A DNA stretch of 64,000 bases. Source: Methanothermococcus thermolithotrophicus DSM 2095 (GTDB lineage: Archaea > AGJL01 > Methanococci > Methanococcales > Methanococcaceae). The notes beneath the pieces are model-generated. The model saw nothing but the letters and a program-made list of their open reading frames with translations, was not told where the DNA came from and did not search any database. A program made the position numbers and the translations under genes. Location of the stretch: assembly GCF_946463545.1 (NCBI RefSeq), contig NZ_OX296583.1, positions 1,432,902 through 1,496,901 of the forward strand, written 5' to 3'. Shown piece after piece: positions 10,251 through 22,339 of this stretch (position 1 is its first letter; each line of letters starts with the position of its first letter).

Positions 10251-10336
10251 TTTTAACCGTATCGCCCTTAACGGGCTTCGTGCCTTATTGTGAGGGAACT
10301 ATAGTTGTATATATAGGATTACAATAGGGGGACATT

Positions 10337-13300
10337 ATGAATACTGATTTATCATTTTTAACTAATGAAAAGGGCAATAAACTTGTAGATAGATTTTCAA
10401 TACTATTGAAAGATACTAAATTTTTTGACTGTCTGGTTGGTTATTTTTATGCTAGTGGATTTTATGCATTATATAAATCATTAGAAAATACTGAAAAAAT
10501 TAGAATACTCGTAGGTATCAATACGGATAAAAAAACTTTTGATTTAATTCAGGAGGCTGCGGGGGACATTAAAAAATATAGACTATCATTCAAAGAAGTT
10601 AAAGAAAATTTTTCAGAAAGCATAATTTCAGAAATGGAAACTTCTGAAGACTCATGCACTGTTGAAGAAGGAATTAAAAAATTCATTGAATGGCTTAAAT
10701 CTGGAAAACTTGAAATAAGGGTATATCCCAAAGCTAAAATCCATGCAAAACTTTACATAATGAGTTTTAAAGAAGGGGATAGGGATAAAGGCAGAGTCAT
10801 TACAGGTTCAAGCAACTTCACGCGCTCTGGATTGGTGGATAATCTTGAATTCAATGTGGAATTAAAAACCAGGTCTGACTATGAATTTGCATTAAATAAA
10901 TTTAATGAATTATGGGAGGATTCGGTAGATGTTTCGGAAGAGTACGTTAGAACAGTTAATAAAAAAACATGGTTAAATGAGGACATCACGCCGTATGAAT
11001 TATATTTAAAATTCCTTTACGAATACATGAAGGAAAAAATAAATTTAGATTTAACTGATGAATTTGAAAGTAAATTCCGACCTGATAATTTTATGGATTT
11101 AAAATATCAAAGGGATGCAGTCCAAGATGCAAAACTTAAACTTGAAGAATATGGAGGAGTTTTTATTTCCGATGTTGTTGGTTTGGGAAAAACATACATA
11201 GCCACAATGTTGGTTCAGCAACTTGGTGGTGAAACTCTTGTAATTGCTCCGCCAGTATTGATTGATGAAAGAAATCCAGGCTCTTGGAAAAATGCCTTTT
11301 ATGATTTTGGAGTTAGGGGAAGATTTGTATCAAGGGGCAATTTAGATATGGCATTTGAATATGGTATTGAAAACTTTAAAAATATTATAATTGATGAATC
11401 TCATTATTTTAGAAATGAATCTACGGAGATGTATGAAAAATTATTTAGGATATGCAGTGGAAAACGGGTAATATTGGTTTCTGCAACTCCGTTAAATAAT
11501 AAGCCCATGGATATTCTTGCCCAGATAAAATTGTTTCAAAATGTTCATAATTCCACACTCCCAAATCCAAAGGTAAGGGACCTTGAAAAATTCTTTAAAA
11601 AATTAGATGCAAGACTTAAAGGAGTAGATAGGCGAAAGGACAAAGAAAAATATATGAAAATTGTTCAGGAGAATGCAAAAGAAATTCGTGAAAATGTTTT
11701 ACAGTATTTAATGGTAAGAAGGACTAGAAAAAGTATTGAGAAGTATTATTCAAAAGATTTGGAAAAACAGGGTTTGAAATTTCCAGAAGTTCAGGACCCA
11801 AAGCCAGTTTATTATGAATTTGATGAAAAGTTAGATTCAATTTTTGAAGAAACCCTTAATTTAATTACAAAAGAGTTAAAATATGCAAGATATACTCCAA
11901 TGCTATATTATAAAGGGAGAGAATTTGATAACCGAATTATTCAGCCACAAAAGAATATGGCAGGATTTATGAAAACCATGCTTTTAAAACGGCTGGAGAG
12001 TAGTTTTCACGCATTCAAGATGTCAATTAATAGGTTTATAGGTTATTACGAAAAATTTATAGCTGGATGTGAGGATGGTAATGTTTATATCAGTAAAAAA
12101 CATCTATCCAAAGTTTTTGAGTTTCAGGAAAACGATGATGAGGAGTCCATTGAAAAGTTAATAAGTGAGGGAAAGGTGGAAATCTACCCTATTAAAGATT
12201 TTGAGCCTAAACTTATTGATGACTTAAAATATGATTTAGAGATTCTAAAACATATAAAAGAAATGTGGAGCTCCGTTGATGAAGACCCGAAACTTGATAA
12301 ATTAATCGATATTTTAGAAACAGATGATGTGTTAAAGGATAATAAGGTAATAATATTTACAGAATCAGAAGAAACTGCAAAATATCTTGAAAGGGAATTA
12401 AATCCCTTGTTTAATAATAAAGTTTTGGCATTTTCTGGAACTTCTGACAATAGTTTAAGAAAAATTATAACTGAAAATTTTGATGGAAAATCAAAGGTTA
12501 AAAAGGATGAATATATGATTTTAATTTCAACAGAAGTTCTTTCAGAAGGTGTAAATTTACATAGGTCAAATGTGGTAATTAACTACGACATTCCTTGGAA
12601 TCCTTCAAGAATGATGCAGAGAGTGGGGCGTATAAACAGAGTAGATTCCAAATTTGATAAAATATATATTTATAACTTCTTTCCAGCAACAAAAATAAAT
12701 GAAAATATGGGTTTGAAGGAAGCCGCAGAGGCTAAAATTAGAAGTTTCATTGAAATGCTTGGAACTGATTCTAGGTTATTAACCGATGAAGATATAAAAT
12801 CCTTTGACTTATTTTCACGCCTTAACTCAAAAGAAACAGTCATTGGGGAAGATGAGGACGACCCTGAGTTGGCATATTTAGCATATTTGAGAGATATTCG
12901 AGACAATGATAAGGAATTATTTGATAAAATAAAAAACCTTCCTAAAAAAGCAAGGACTGCAAAAAAACATAATGAGAATTATAATTCACTGATTACATTC
13001 TTTAAAAAGGGAAAAATGAGAAAGATATATCAAACTACACCAGAGGGAGTTAAAGAACTTGATTTTTATAAGGCCGCAGAGATTCTAAAAGCAGATATTG
13101 ATACAAAAAAGATGAAAATTGGAATGGACTATTATGCTCATCTTGATATGCTTAAGAAAGAATTTAATAAAGTATTCGAAGAGGAACATGTTATTTCAAA
13201 AATTAAAATAAGAAGAAGTAGGAATGAGTCTAAATTAATTAAGTTAATAAAAGCCATAAAACAGAATGAAAGAAGGCTCACGGATGATGATGTAGAGTAT

Positions 13301-13540
13301 CTCGACAGGGTGTTGAAACTTATTGAAATAGGCGGTGTATCTAAAAATACCATAAAAACTATACTGGATAATATTAAAAAAATAAATAATAATAGTGGCA
13401 TGCTTGATTTATTCAAAATGTATAACGAGATAAAAAAAGGAATACCTTATGATTTATTCCAAAAATTAGAATTTAACTCATCGGCAAATATTGAGGGGCC
13501 TAAGGAAATAATTCTTTCTGAATATTTAGTGGGGAAGTAA
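10337..13540 (+). CDS. PLD-family nuclease fused to SNF2-family helicase (defense-type helicase-nuclease)
   Basis: N-terminal HxK...GSxN phospholipase-D motif (KIHAKLYIM...GSSNFT). SNF2 motifs GLGKT, DESH and SAT are present. The C-terminal helicase domain has the ...QRVGRINR motif. Confidence 0.85.
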   Translation: MNTDLSFLTNEKGNKLVDRFSILLKDTKFFDCLVGYFYASGFYALYKSLENTEKIRILVGINTDKKTFDLIQEAAGDIKKYRLSFKEVKENFSESIISEMETSEDSCTVEEGIKKFIEWLKSGKLEIRVYPKAKIHAKLYIMSFKEGDRDKGRVITGSSNFTRSGLVDNLEFNVELKTRSDYEFALNKFNELWEDSVDVSEEYVRTVNKKTWLNEDITPYELYLKFLYEYMKEKINLDLTDEFESKFRPDNFMDLKYQRDAVQDAKLKLEEYGGVFISDVVGLGKTYIATMLVQQLGGETLVIAPPVLIDERNPGSWKNAFYDFGVRGRFVSRGNLDMAFEYGIENFKNIIIDESHYFRNESTEMYEKLFRICSGKRVILVSATPLNNKPMDILAQIKLFQNVHNSTLPNPKVRDLEKFFKKLDARLKGVDRRKDKEKYMKIVQENAKEIRENVLQYLMVRRTRKSIEKYYSKDLEKQGLKFPEVQDPKPVYYEFDEKLDSIFEETLNLITKELKYARYTPMLYYKGREFDNRIIQPQKNMAGFMKTMLLKRLESSFHAFKMSINRFIGYYEKFIAGCEDGNVYISKKHLSKVFEFQENDDEESIEKLISEGKVEIYPIKDFEPKLIDDLKYDLEILKHIKEMWSSVDEDPKLDKLIDILETDDVLKDNKVIIFTESEETAKYLERELNPLFNNKVLAFSGTSDNSLRKIITENFDGKSKVKKDEYMILISTEVLSEGVNLHRSNVVINYDIPWNPSRMMQRVGRINRVDSKFDKIYIYNFFPATKINENMGLKEAAEAKIRSFIEMLGTDSRLLTDEDIKSFDLFSRLNSKETVIGEDEDDPELAYLAYLRDIRDNDKELFDKIKNLPKKARTAKKHNENYNSLITFFKKGKMRKIYQTTPEGVKELDFYKAAEILKADIDTKKMKIGMDYYAHLDMLKKEFNKVFEEEHVISKIKIRRSRNESKLIKLIKAIKQNERRLTDDDVEYLDRVLKLIEIGGVSKNTIKTILDNIKKINNNSGMLDLFKMYNEIKKGIPYDLFQKLEFNSSANIEGPKEIILSEYLVGK

Positions 13541-13541
13541 A

Positions 13542-15143
13542 ATGGATAGAAAAAATGCCGTAAAACTTGTTGAAAAAACTTTTGGGGGAGAGTTTAATGA
13601 GGATAGGTATTTAGAATTCGTTATCGAGATGTTTGGAGACAGTAGTTTTTTAAAATCTCCTAAGGAATATTCGATGTGGGAAGAATATGCTGAATATACT
13701 GATTCTCTCAAATATTACGGGACATATACGGACAGTTCCAATAAAACAATAGATGTTCTATCTGTGAGATTAAAAAAAGATAAATATGTTACTAAGTCGA
13801 GGACTGTGCAAAGGAACATTATTTTAAAGTGGATTGGGGGTACAAACAAAGATGGTGCATTAGTTGCATTTTACAGTGATGAGCTCGACGACTGGCGGTT
13901 TTCATTTGTTAAAATGGAGTATAAAATTACAGAAGATTTTAAAATTGAAAAGGGTTTTACTCCTGCTAAAAGGTGCTCCTTTTTAGTTGGGAAAAATGGG
14001 GCAAACTATACATGCAAAAAAAATTTTTTAAGATTGATAGTAAATGAAAATAACCCTGCTTTGGAAGAAATTGAAAACGCTTTCAATGTTGAAAATATAT
14101 CTGATGAGTTTTTAAGAAAGTATGAAAATTTATTTTCGGGTAATACTCATAACTTAAAAATTGAAGAATCACAAATAATGGACTTAAAACATATAATGTT
14201 AGATTATGGGCGTTTGCCACTTGATAATCATCAAAAAAATATTTTAGATAAACTATTGAAAACCACAAGTAAAAACATTAAACGTTTCTTAATTAAGTAC
14301 AAAAACAACTGTAATTATATACCCATCTCTGATTTTAAATTGAGAATGTTATTGTCGGATGAAGAATTAATTTTGTGTATCTTTAAAAATATGAAGTATG
14401 TGGGGAAAAATATAATATATTTGGATAAAACAGAATCAGAAATTGAAAAGGAACGCATTGAAAAAAACCAATTTAATAAATTGTTACTAAAATATAAAGA
14501 CTTATATTGTCCAGATGGTCAAATTGAGATCATATATAAGATTCTTAAGTCTCAGACAGATGAACTAAAAAATATGTTGCTAAATTATGAACATATGTCA
14601 CTTGATAATCATCAAAAGCAAATTTTAGATACAATACTGAAAACTATCGGTAGGAAGATATCATACATGAATATTTGGGTACATGATAAAGGCGGGATTA
14701 CGAATACATACTCTTACAAAAAATACAAAATGAAAATGAGTAATAAAGACTTTGCATTATTTATTCTTAAAAATGCAAAGTGGAAAAATGGGACACTATA
14801 TATTAATGAGCATAAGTGTGAAAAACAGTCATCAACTTTAAAGAAAGACAATACAGTCAAAAGAAGGGTAAAAACTAAAATGGTTATAACTTCATCAAAG
14901 AAAGTTGGAAAGTTGGAAAATATAATCATAAATAATAAATTAATGGTTAAAAAAGTTATGAGCTGTAAGTTTAATGATAACAATAATAAACTAATAGTTT
15001 ATGTGGAGCATAATAAAAAACCATTAAAAATAACTATTATTGGAAAAAATAATAAACATATTTGTTATATAAACCAGAAGGGACTTAAAAATAAAGAAAT
15101 AAAAGAAATTAAAAATAAGTATATAACACATTTAACAATTTGA
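13542..15143 (+). CDS. Paralog of the Type IIG enzyme N-terminal nuclease-like domain fused to a K/N-rich C-terminus with an internal ~30-aa duplication
   Basis: The first ~200 aa are near-identical to the N-terminus of the 15225 gene. Some DNA tracts are 100% identical. A candidate PD-(D/E)xK core is D...ELDDW...VKMEYK. The C-terminus carries two LDNHQK.ILD..LKT repeats. Confidence 0.55.
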   Translation: MDRKNAVKLVEKTFGGEFNEDRYLEFVIEMFGDSSFLKSPKEYSMWEEYAEYTDSLKYYGTYTDSSNKTIDVLSVRLKKDKYVTKSRTVQRNIILKWIGGTNKDGALVAFYSDELDDWRFSFVKMEYKITEDFKIEKGFTPAKRCSFLVGKNGANYTCKKNFLRLIVNENNPALEEIENAFNVENISDEFLRKYENLFSGNTHNLKIEESQIMDLKHIMLDYGRLPLDNHQKNILDKLLKTTSKNIKRFLIKYKNNCNYIPISDFKLRMLLSDEELILCIFKNMKYVGKNIIYLDKTESEIEKERIEKNQFNKLLLKYKDLYCPDGQIEIIYKILKSQTDELKNMLLNYEHMSLDNHQKQILDTILKTIGRKISYMNIWVHDKGGITNTYSYKKYKMKMSNKDFALFILKNAKWKNGTLYINEHKCEKQSSTLKKDNTVKRRVKTKMVITSSKKVGKLENIIINNKLMVKKVMSCKFNDNNNKLIVYVEHNKKPLKITIIGKNNKHICYINQKGLKNKEIKEIKNKYITHLTI

Positions 15144-15224
15144 ATATATATTGATTCCAAAAATAGATTTAATCGGTTAGTAGGTATGAGGAACTTAAAT
15201 AAAACTTTTTTGAGTAGTTAATAG

Positions 15225-18200
15225 GTGGAACCAATGGATAGAAAAAATGCCGTAAAACTTGTTGAAAAAACTTTTGGGGGAGAGTTTAATGAGGATAGGT
15301 ATTTAGATTTTGTTGTTGAAATGTTTGGGGATAGTAGTTTTTTAAAAGAATCTCCTAAGGAATACCTGTGGAAAGAATATAGTGAATATGCCGACTATCT
15401 TAAGTATTACGGCACATATAAGGATAGCTCCAATAAAACAATAGATATTTTATCTGTAAAATTAAAGAAAAACAAGTATAGGGATAGATCAAGGACTATG
15501 CAGCGGAACCTTATTGCAAAATGGCTTGAAAATGCAAATAAGGACGCTGCAATAGTTGCATTTTATGGCGATGAGCTCGATGACTGGCGGTTTTCATTTG
15601 TTAAAATGGAGTATAAAATTACAGAAGATTTTAAAATTGAAAAGGGTTTTACTCCTGCTAAAAGGTGCTCCTTTTTAGTTGGAAAGAACGAACCAAACCA
15701 TACCTGTAAAGAAAGATTTCTTGGCATGATAATAGCTGAGAAAAACCCAACTTTAGAGGAAATTGAAGAAGCATTCAGTGTTGAAAATGTATCCGATGAG
15801 TTTTTCAAAGAATATAAGGAGTTATTTTTAGATTTAAAAGATGAGCTCGACAAATTATTGGAATGTGATAAGGACATTAAAAAGGAATTTGAAGAAAAAG
15901 AGATTTCTACAGTGGATTTCGCTAAGAAATTGCTTGGACAGATTGTATTTATATACTTTCTCCAAAAAAGGGCTGGCTTGGTGTTCAAAGAGACCCTGAA
16001 ACTGGGAAGTTTAAAGAATGGGGAGCTGGTCCAAAAGATTTTTTAAAGAGGTTGTATGCGGGAGAATATGCCAAATATGAAAATTTCTTTAAGGAGATGT
16101 TGGAACCATTATTTTATGAAGCGTTATCTACTCAGAGGGATGATTACTATTCTCCTTTTGACTGTAAAATCCCTTTCTTAAATGGGGGACTATTTGAACC
16201 TATTGGGGGCTACAATTGGAAAGAAATTAATTTAAAATTGGACAATGGAATTTTTGAAAAAATTTTTAATGTCTTTGATAAGTATAATTTCACAATAAAA
16301 GAGGATGAACCACTGGATAAAGAGGTTGCTATTGACCCTGAAATGCTTGGGAAGGTTTTTGAAAACCTATTGGAGATTAAAGATAGGAAATCAAAAGGGG
16401 CATTCTATACTCCAAGGGAAATAGTGCATTATATGTGCCAGCAGAGTTTGATTAATTATTTGGAAACGAATACGGACATTCCACGGGAAGATATTGAAAA
16501 ATTCATATATCTCAGTGGATTTTCAACTTCGGAATATCAAAGAAAATTAATTGAACTTGAAAAAATAAATGAACAGATGAAAAAGTTTAACAATGTTTTA
16601 TCAAAAGGATACAGAAAATTATTAAATGAGCGAATAAAGTTAATTAAAAATATAAACTTTCCAAAAAGCATATTGGATAATATAGAAAAAGTTGATGAGC
16701 TATTAAGATGCGTAAAAATAGCAGACCCTGCGGTTGGTTCTGGTGCTTTTCCAGTTGGGATTATGAATGAGATTGTAAAGGCAAGGTCTATATTAACACC
16801 TTTCTTAATAGCAAAGAATAGTGCAAAAATGGAAGACCGGACACTTTATAAATTAAAATGGGAAACTATTCAAAACTGTTTATACGGCGTAGATATTGAT
16901 TCATCTGCTGTGGAAATTACAAAACTTAGGTTTTGGTTATCGTTGGTGGTGGATGAGGATAGCCTAAATAATATAAGGGCATTGCCAAATTTAGACCATA
17001 AAATAATGTGTGGAAATAGTTTGTTGGATGAATTTGAAGGAATAAAACTTTTTGATGATAGTATTCTTGAAATTCCCGAAGAAGAAGATAAAGAACCTGA
17101 GGAATTAAAAAAATTGAAAATTGAAAGGGAAAATTTAGAAAAAACCGCTAAGGAATTGATGTTAAAACAAAAATGGAAGGAACTTGAACCAGTAAGTAAA
17201 AAATTAAATGAATTATATGAATATATTAAAAAATTGGAAAATCAATATAAAAAATCAAAAAATAAAAATTTGAATGATTTACAATCTCAAATTACACTGT
17301 CCGATGCTATAAATATTAGGCGGAAAAAATCACAGGAGAAACTTGCAGAGCTCAAAAAATTGTATAAAGAATATTTCAATGCCCGAGCTAAACGGGATAA
17401 AAATGAGTATAAAGAAAAAATAGAAAAACTTGAATGGGAGCTCATAGAGGAAACACTAATAGAATCAGGAAATGAAGATGCACTGGAAAAATTGAAGCAG
17501 TATAAAAAATCAAGGTCAAAACCATTTTTCTTATGGAAGTTGTACTTTTCAGATGTATTTAGGAGAGAAAACCCTGGCTTTGATATAGTAATAGGTAATC
17601 CACCTTATGTAAGGCAGGAAAAAATAAAAGAATTAAAACCCGCACTTGAAAGAAATTATAAAACATATACTGGAGTTGCTGACCTTTATGTTTATTTCTA
17701 TGAGTTGGGATATAATATTTTAAGAGATGAGGGAGTTTTAGCATATATTACAAGTAATAAATGGATGAGAGCAAATTATGGCGAAAAATTAAGAAAATTC
17801 TTTAAAGAAAATACGAGTATAAAGGAAATTATTGATTTTGGAGGGGAAAAGGTATTTGAAACTGCAACAGTGGATACAAATATTTTGATATTTAAAAAAG
17901 GATATAAAAAAGATAATTTAATGTCTGCGGTGGATTTCACAAAAATTAAAAATTATAATGGATTTATCGATGGGATAAAAAGCAATAGGTTTAAAATACC
18001 GCAATCAGATTTGAAAGAAAATTCCTTTAATTTATCGCCACCAGAGGAATTAAATTTAAAAAAGAAGATTGAAAAAATTGGAATACCTTTAAAGGATTGG
18101 GATATAAAAATAAATTATGGAATTAAAACAGGTTTTAACGATGCTTTTATAATTGATGGAAAAACTAAGGATGAATTAATTAAAAAAGACCCAAAGAACA

Positions 18201-19048
18201 AAGAGATAATAAAACCGATTTTAAGGGGAAGGGATATAAAACGATATGGTTATGAATTTGCGGATTTATGGTTAATTTTTGTTCCTTGGCATTTTCCATT
18301 GCATAATAATTCATCAATTTCTGGGGCATCAGAGGAAGCCGAAAAGGCATTTAAGGAGCAATATCCTGATATATACAACCATTTGCTAAAATATAAGGAA
18401 AAATTAAGTAAACGAAATAAGGCTGAAACTGGAAAAAGATATGAATGGTATGCTTTACAGAGATGTGCCGCTTCGTATTATAAGGAGTTTGAGAAAGAAA
18501 AAATAATTTATCCAGAATTTAGTAGTTCATCTTGCTTTTATTTTGACAATGGGAAATATTACACATCTGATACGGCATGGTTTATTGTTGGAGGTTCTAA
18601 ATATTTGATGGTATTACTTAACTCGAAGGTAATATGGTTTTACTTAGAAAACATGGTATCCCAGCTCGGTTCGAAAGCCCTTAGGATGAAAAAAATATAT
18701 TTAGAAAAACTACCTATCCCAAAAATCCCAGAAGACCAACAAATCCCATTCATAGAAAAAGCGGATAAAATGATTGAATTAAATAAAAAATTCATAAATA
18801 AAAAGAATGAATTTTTAAAATCATTAAACCTAACTAAAATTACTAAGAAATTAGAAACATTTTATAATTTAAGTTATGAAGAATTCCTAAAAGAATTAAA
18901 GAAGCAAAAAATTAATACAGATTCTTTAAACGATTTAGAAAACCGCTTCAACAGCTACAAAAAGGAATTAATGGAAATAAAACAGGAAATAGAAAAAACA
19001 GATAAAGAAATCGATAAAATGGTTTGTATAATCCTAAAAAAACTATAA
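15225..19048 (+). CDS. Type IIG restriction-modification enzyme (N-terminal nuclease domain plus gamma-class N6-adenine methyltransferase plus target-recognition domain), interrupted by a frameshift at a T6 run (16039-16044)
   Basis: The ORFs 15225-16046 and 16052-19048 join into one frame if T6 is read as T7. Methyltransferase motif X (GAFYTPREIV), motif I (ADPAVGSGAFP) and motif IV (GNPPYV) are present. Confidence 0.8.
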
Positions 19049-19058
19049 CATTTAAATA

Positions 19059-19086
19059 GTCTTAAATTACACCGTACAATATCTTA
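19059..19086. repeat. 28-bp direct repeat, right copy (ATTTAAATAGTCTTAAATTACACCGTAC)
   Basis: Matches the copy at 8487-8514. It lies immediately 3' of the Type IIG gene and abuts the stop of an hsdS fragment. Confidence 0.6.
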
Positions 19087-19094
19087 TTGTTTTT

Positions 19095-19222
19095 CCTGTA
19101 ATTCTTCTAATCTTTTTATTTTGTTGTGTAGGTTTTCTAAATATTCTGCGATTTCTTTCTGTCTTTGCAGGTCTGGTTTTTGTCTTTGTATGGAGGGATT
19201 AAAAGGTTTTTTAGCTTTTTGT
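19095..19222 (-). pseudogene. hsdS 3'-end fragment (C-terminal conserved region only)
   Basis: The minus strand encodes ...PFNPSIQRQKPDLQRQKEIAEYLENLHNKIKRLEELQEKQ*. The DNA is clearly homologous to the 3' end of hsdS at 4861-4990 (shared TTCCTGTAATTCTTC.AA.CTTTTTATTTT). Confidence 0.55.
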
Positions 19223-19347
19223 TATATTGCACATTATGTTATTTAGCCCCATTAGTAAATGACACGATTAAAAACGATAAATTTTAAAAAATTGAAACAA
19301 TTCTAGGATTTGTTGAGTAATCATAAAAAATAGATAAATTAATTATA

Positions 19348-20280
19348 TTATTCAAATTCAATAGTGGCTGGTGGCTTGTCTGTAACATCCAAAACTACTC
19401 TTGCGACATTTGGAACTTCAGATGTTATTCTCTTACTTATTCTTTTTATAACTTCAAATGGGAGCTCAGGAACATGGGCAGTCATGGCATCTAATGATTT
19501 AACAAATCTTATTACAACGACCCAGTTGTATTCTCTTATATCTCCCTTAACTCCTGTGGCTTTTGTATCGAGAACAGCTGCAAAGTACTGCCATAAATCT
19601 TTATTCAATCCTTCTTTTTCTATTTCTTCTTCAACTATGGCGTTTGCCTCTCTACAGATTTCCAATTTTTCTTCGGTTATTTCTCCCAAAATTCTAACTG
19701 CCAAACCAGGACCTGGGAACGGCTGTCTGTATGCTATTTCATCAGGAAGTCCGAGCTCCTTTGCAAGTATCCTTACTTCATCCTTATAGAGCTCTCTCAA
19801 AGGTTCAACAACATCCAATACCATCCCACCAGGAAGTGCTATGTTGTGGTGGGTTTTGATGTTACCTTCACTTTCTATCCAGTCTGGTGCAATTGTTCCC
19901 TGAACTAAAACTTCTTCACCGTTTTCTTTTGCAACCTCTTCAAACACTTCTATGAATAATTTTCCTATTATCTTTCTTTTTTCTTCAGGGTCAGTTACTC
20001 CTTTCAGTTCCTTTAAAAATAGTTCTTTTGCATCTATTATTTTTAAGTTAAGTCCCATGTCTTCCTTAAATATTTTCCTTATTTCTTCTGCTTCGTTTTT
20101 TCTCATGAGACCGGTATCTACAAATACTGCCAAGAGTCTGTCTCCTATTGCCCTATCAGCCAAAACTGCAGCTACCGAACTATCTACGCCACCACTTAAT
20201 GCAATAATTGCCTTTCTATCTCCAATCTGTTCTTTTATTTCATTTATAGCCTCTTCAATAACCATTTTAGCGTCAAACAT
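19348..20280 (-). CDS. guaA: GMP synthase subunit B (ATP pyrophosphatase domain)
   Basis: PP-loop SGGVDSS is present. The C-terminus is conserved to ...PPATIEFE. The 310-aa length matches the archaeal split GuaA subunit B. Confidence 0.85.
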   Translation of the reverse strand: MFDAKMVIEEAINEIKEQIGDRKAIIALSGGVDSSVAAVLADRAIGDRLLAVFVDTGLMRKNEAEEIRKIFKEDMGLNLKIIDAKELFLKELKGVTDPEEKRKIIGKLFIEVFEEVAKENGEEVLVQGTIAPDWIESEGNIKTHHNIALPGGMVLDVVEPLRELYKDEVRILAKELGLPDEIAYRQPFPGPGLAVRILGEITEEKLEICREANAIVEEEIEKEGLNKDLWQYFAAVLDTKATGVKGDIREYNWVVVIRFVKSLDAMTAHVPELPFEVIKRISKRITSEVPNVARVVLDVTDKPPATIEFE

Positions 20281-20345
20281 TTAATCACCTTTAAAATGTA
20301 TATTCGTTTTTTATTTGTTATTATTTTTTATCTTTATTATTTTTC

Positions 20346-21986
<1,641 letters not shown>

Positions 21987-22339
21987 TTATCGTGAGTTAA
22001 TTTTCCAAAATATGGTAGTTGACAATTAAGTAATATAACTAATCATACCATTAAAAGATAGTATTTAATTCTTAGTATTTTTTTACAACTTTTAACAACA
22101 CAGTTGGTGTTTTAATTTAATGTAAGAGCTAGTGGTTAATAACAACCTTTCGTCAAACGACTATAATAACAATATAATATAAATGTTATGATCTGATAGA
22201 TTAATGATCCTATAATATTTACGTTAATTGAATATGAATATCGATCCAAAACTATTTAAGAGGATTCATAGAAATAAGAATGAAATACCACATAAGATTT
22301 TAAAAATTAGAGTATGATAAATTGTTTGTAGAATAACAA

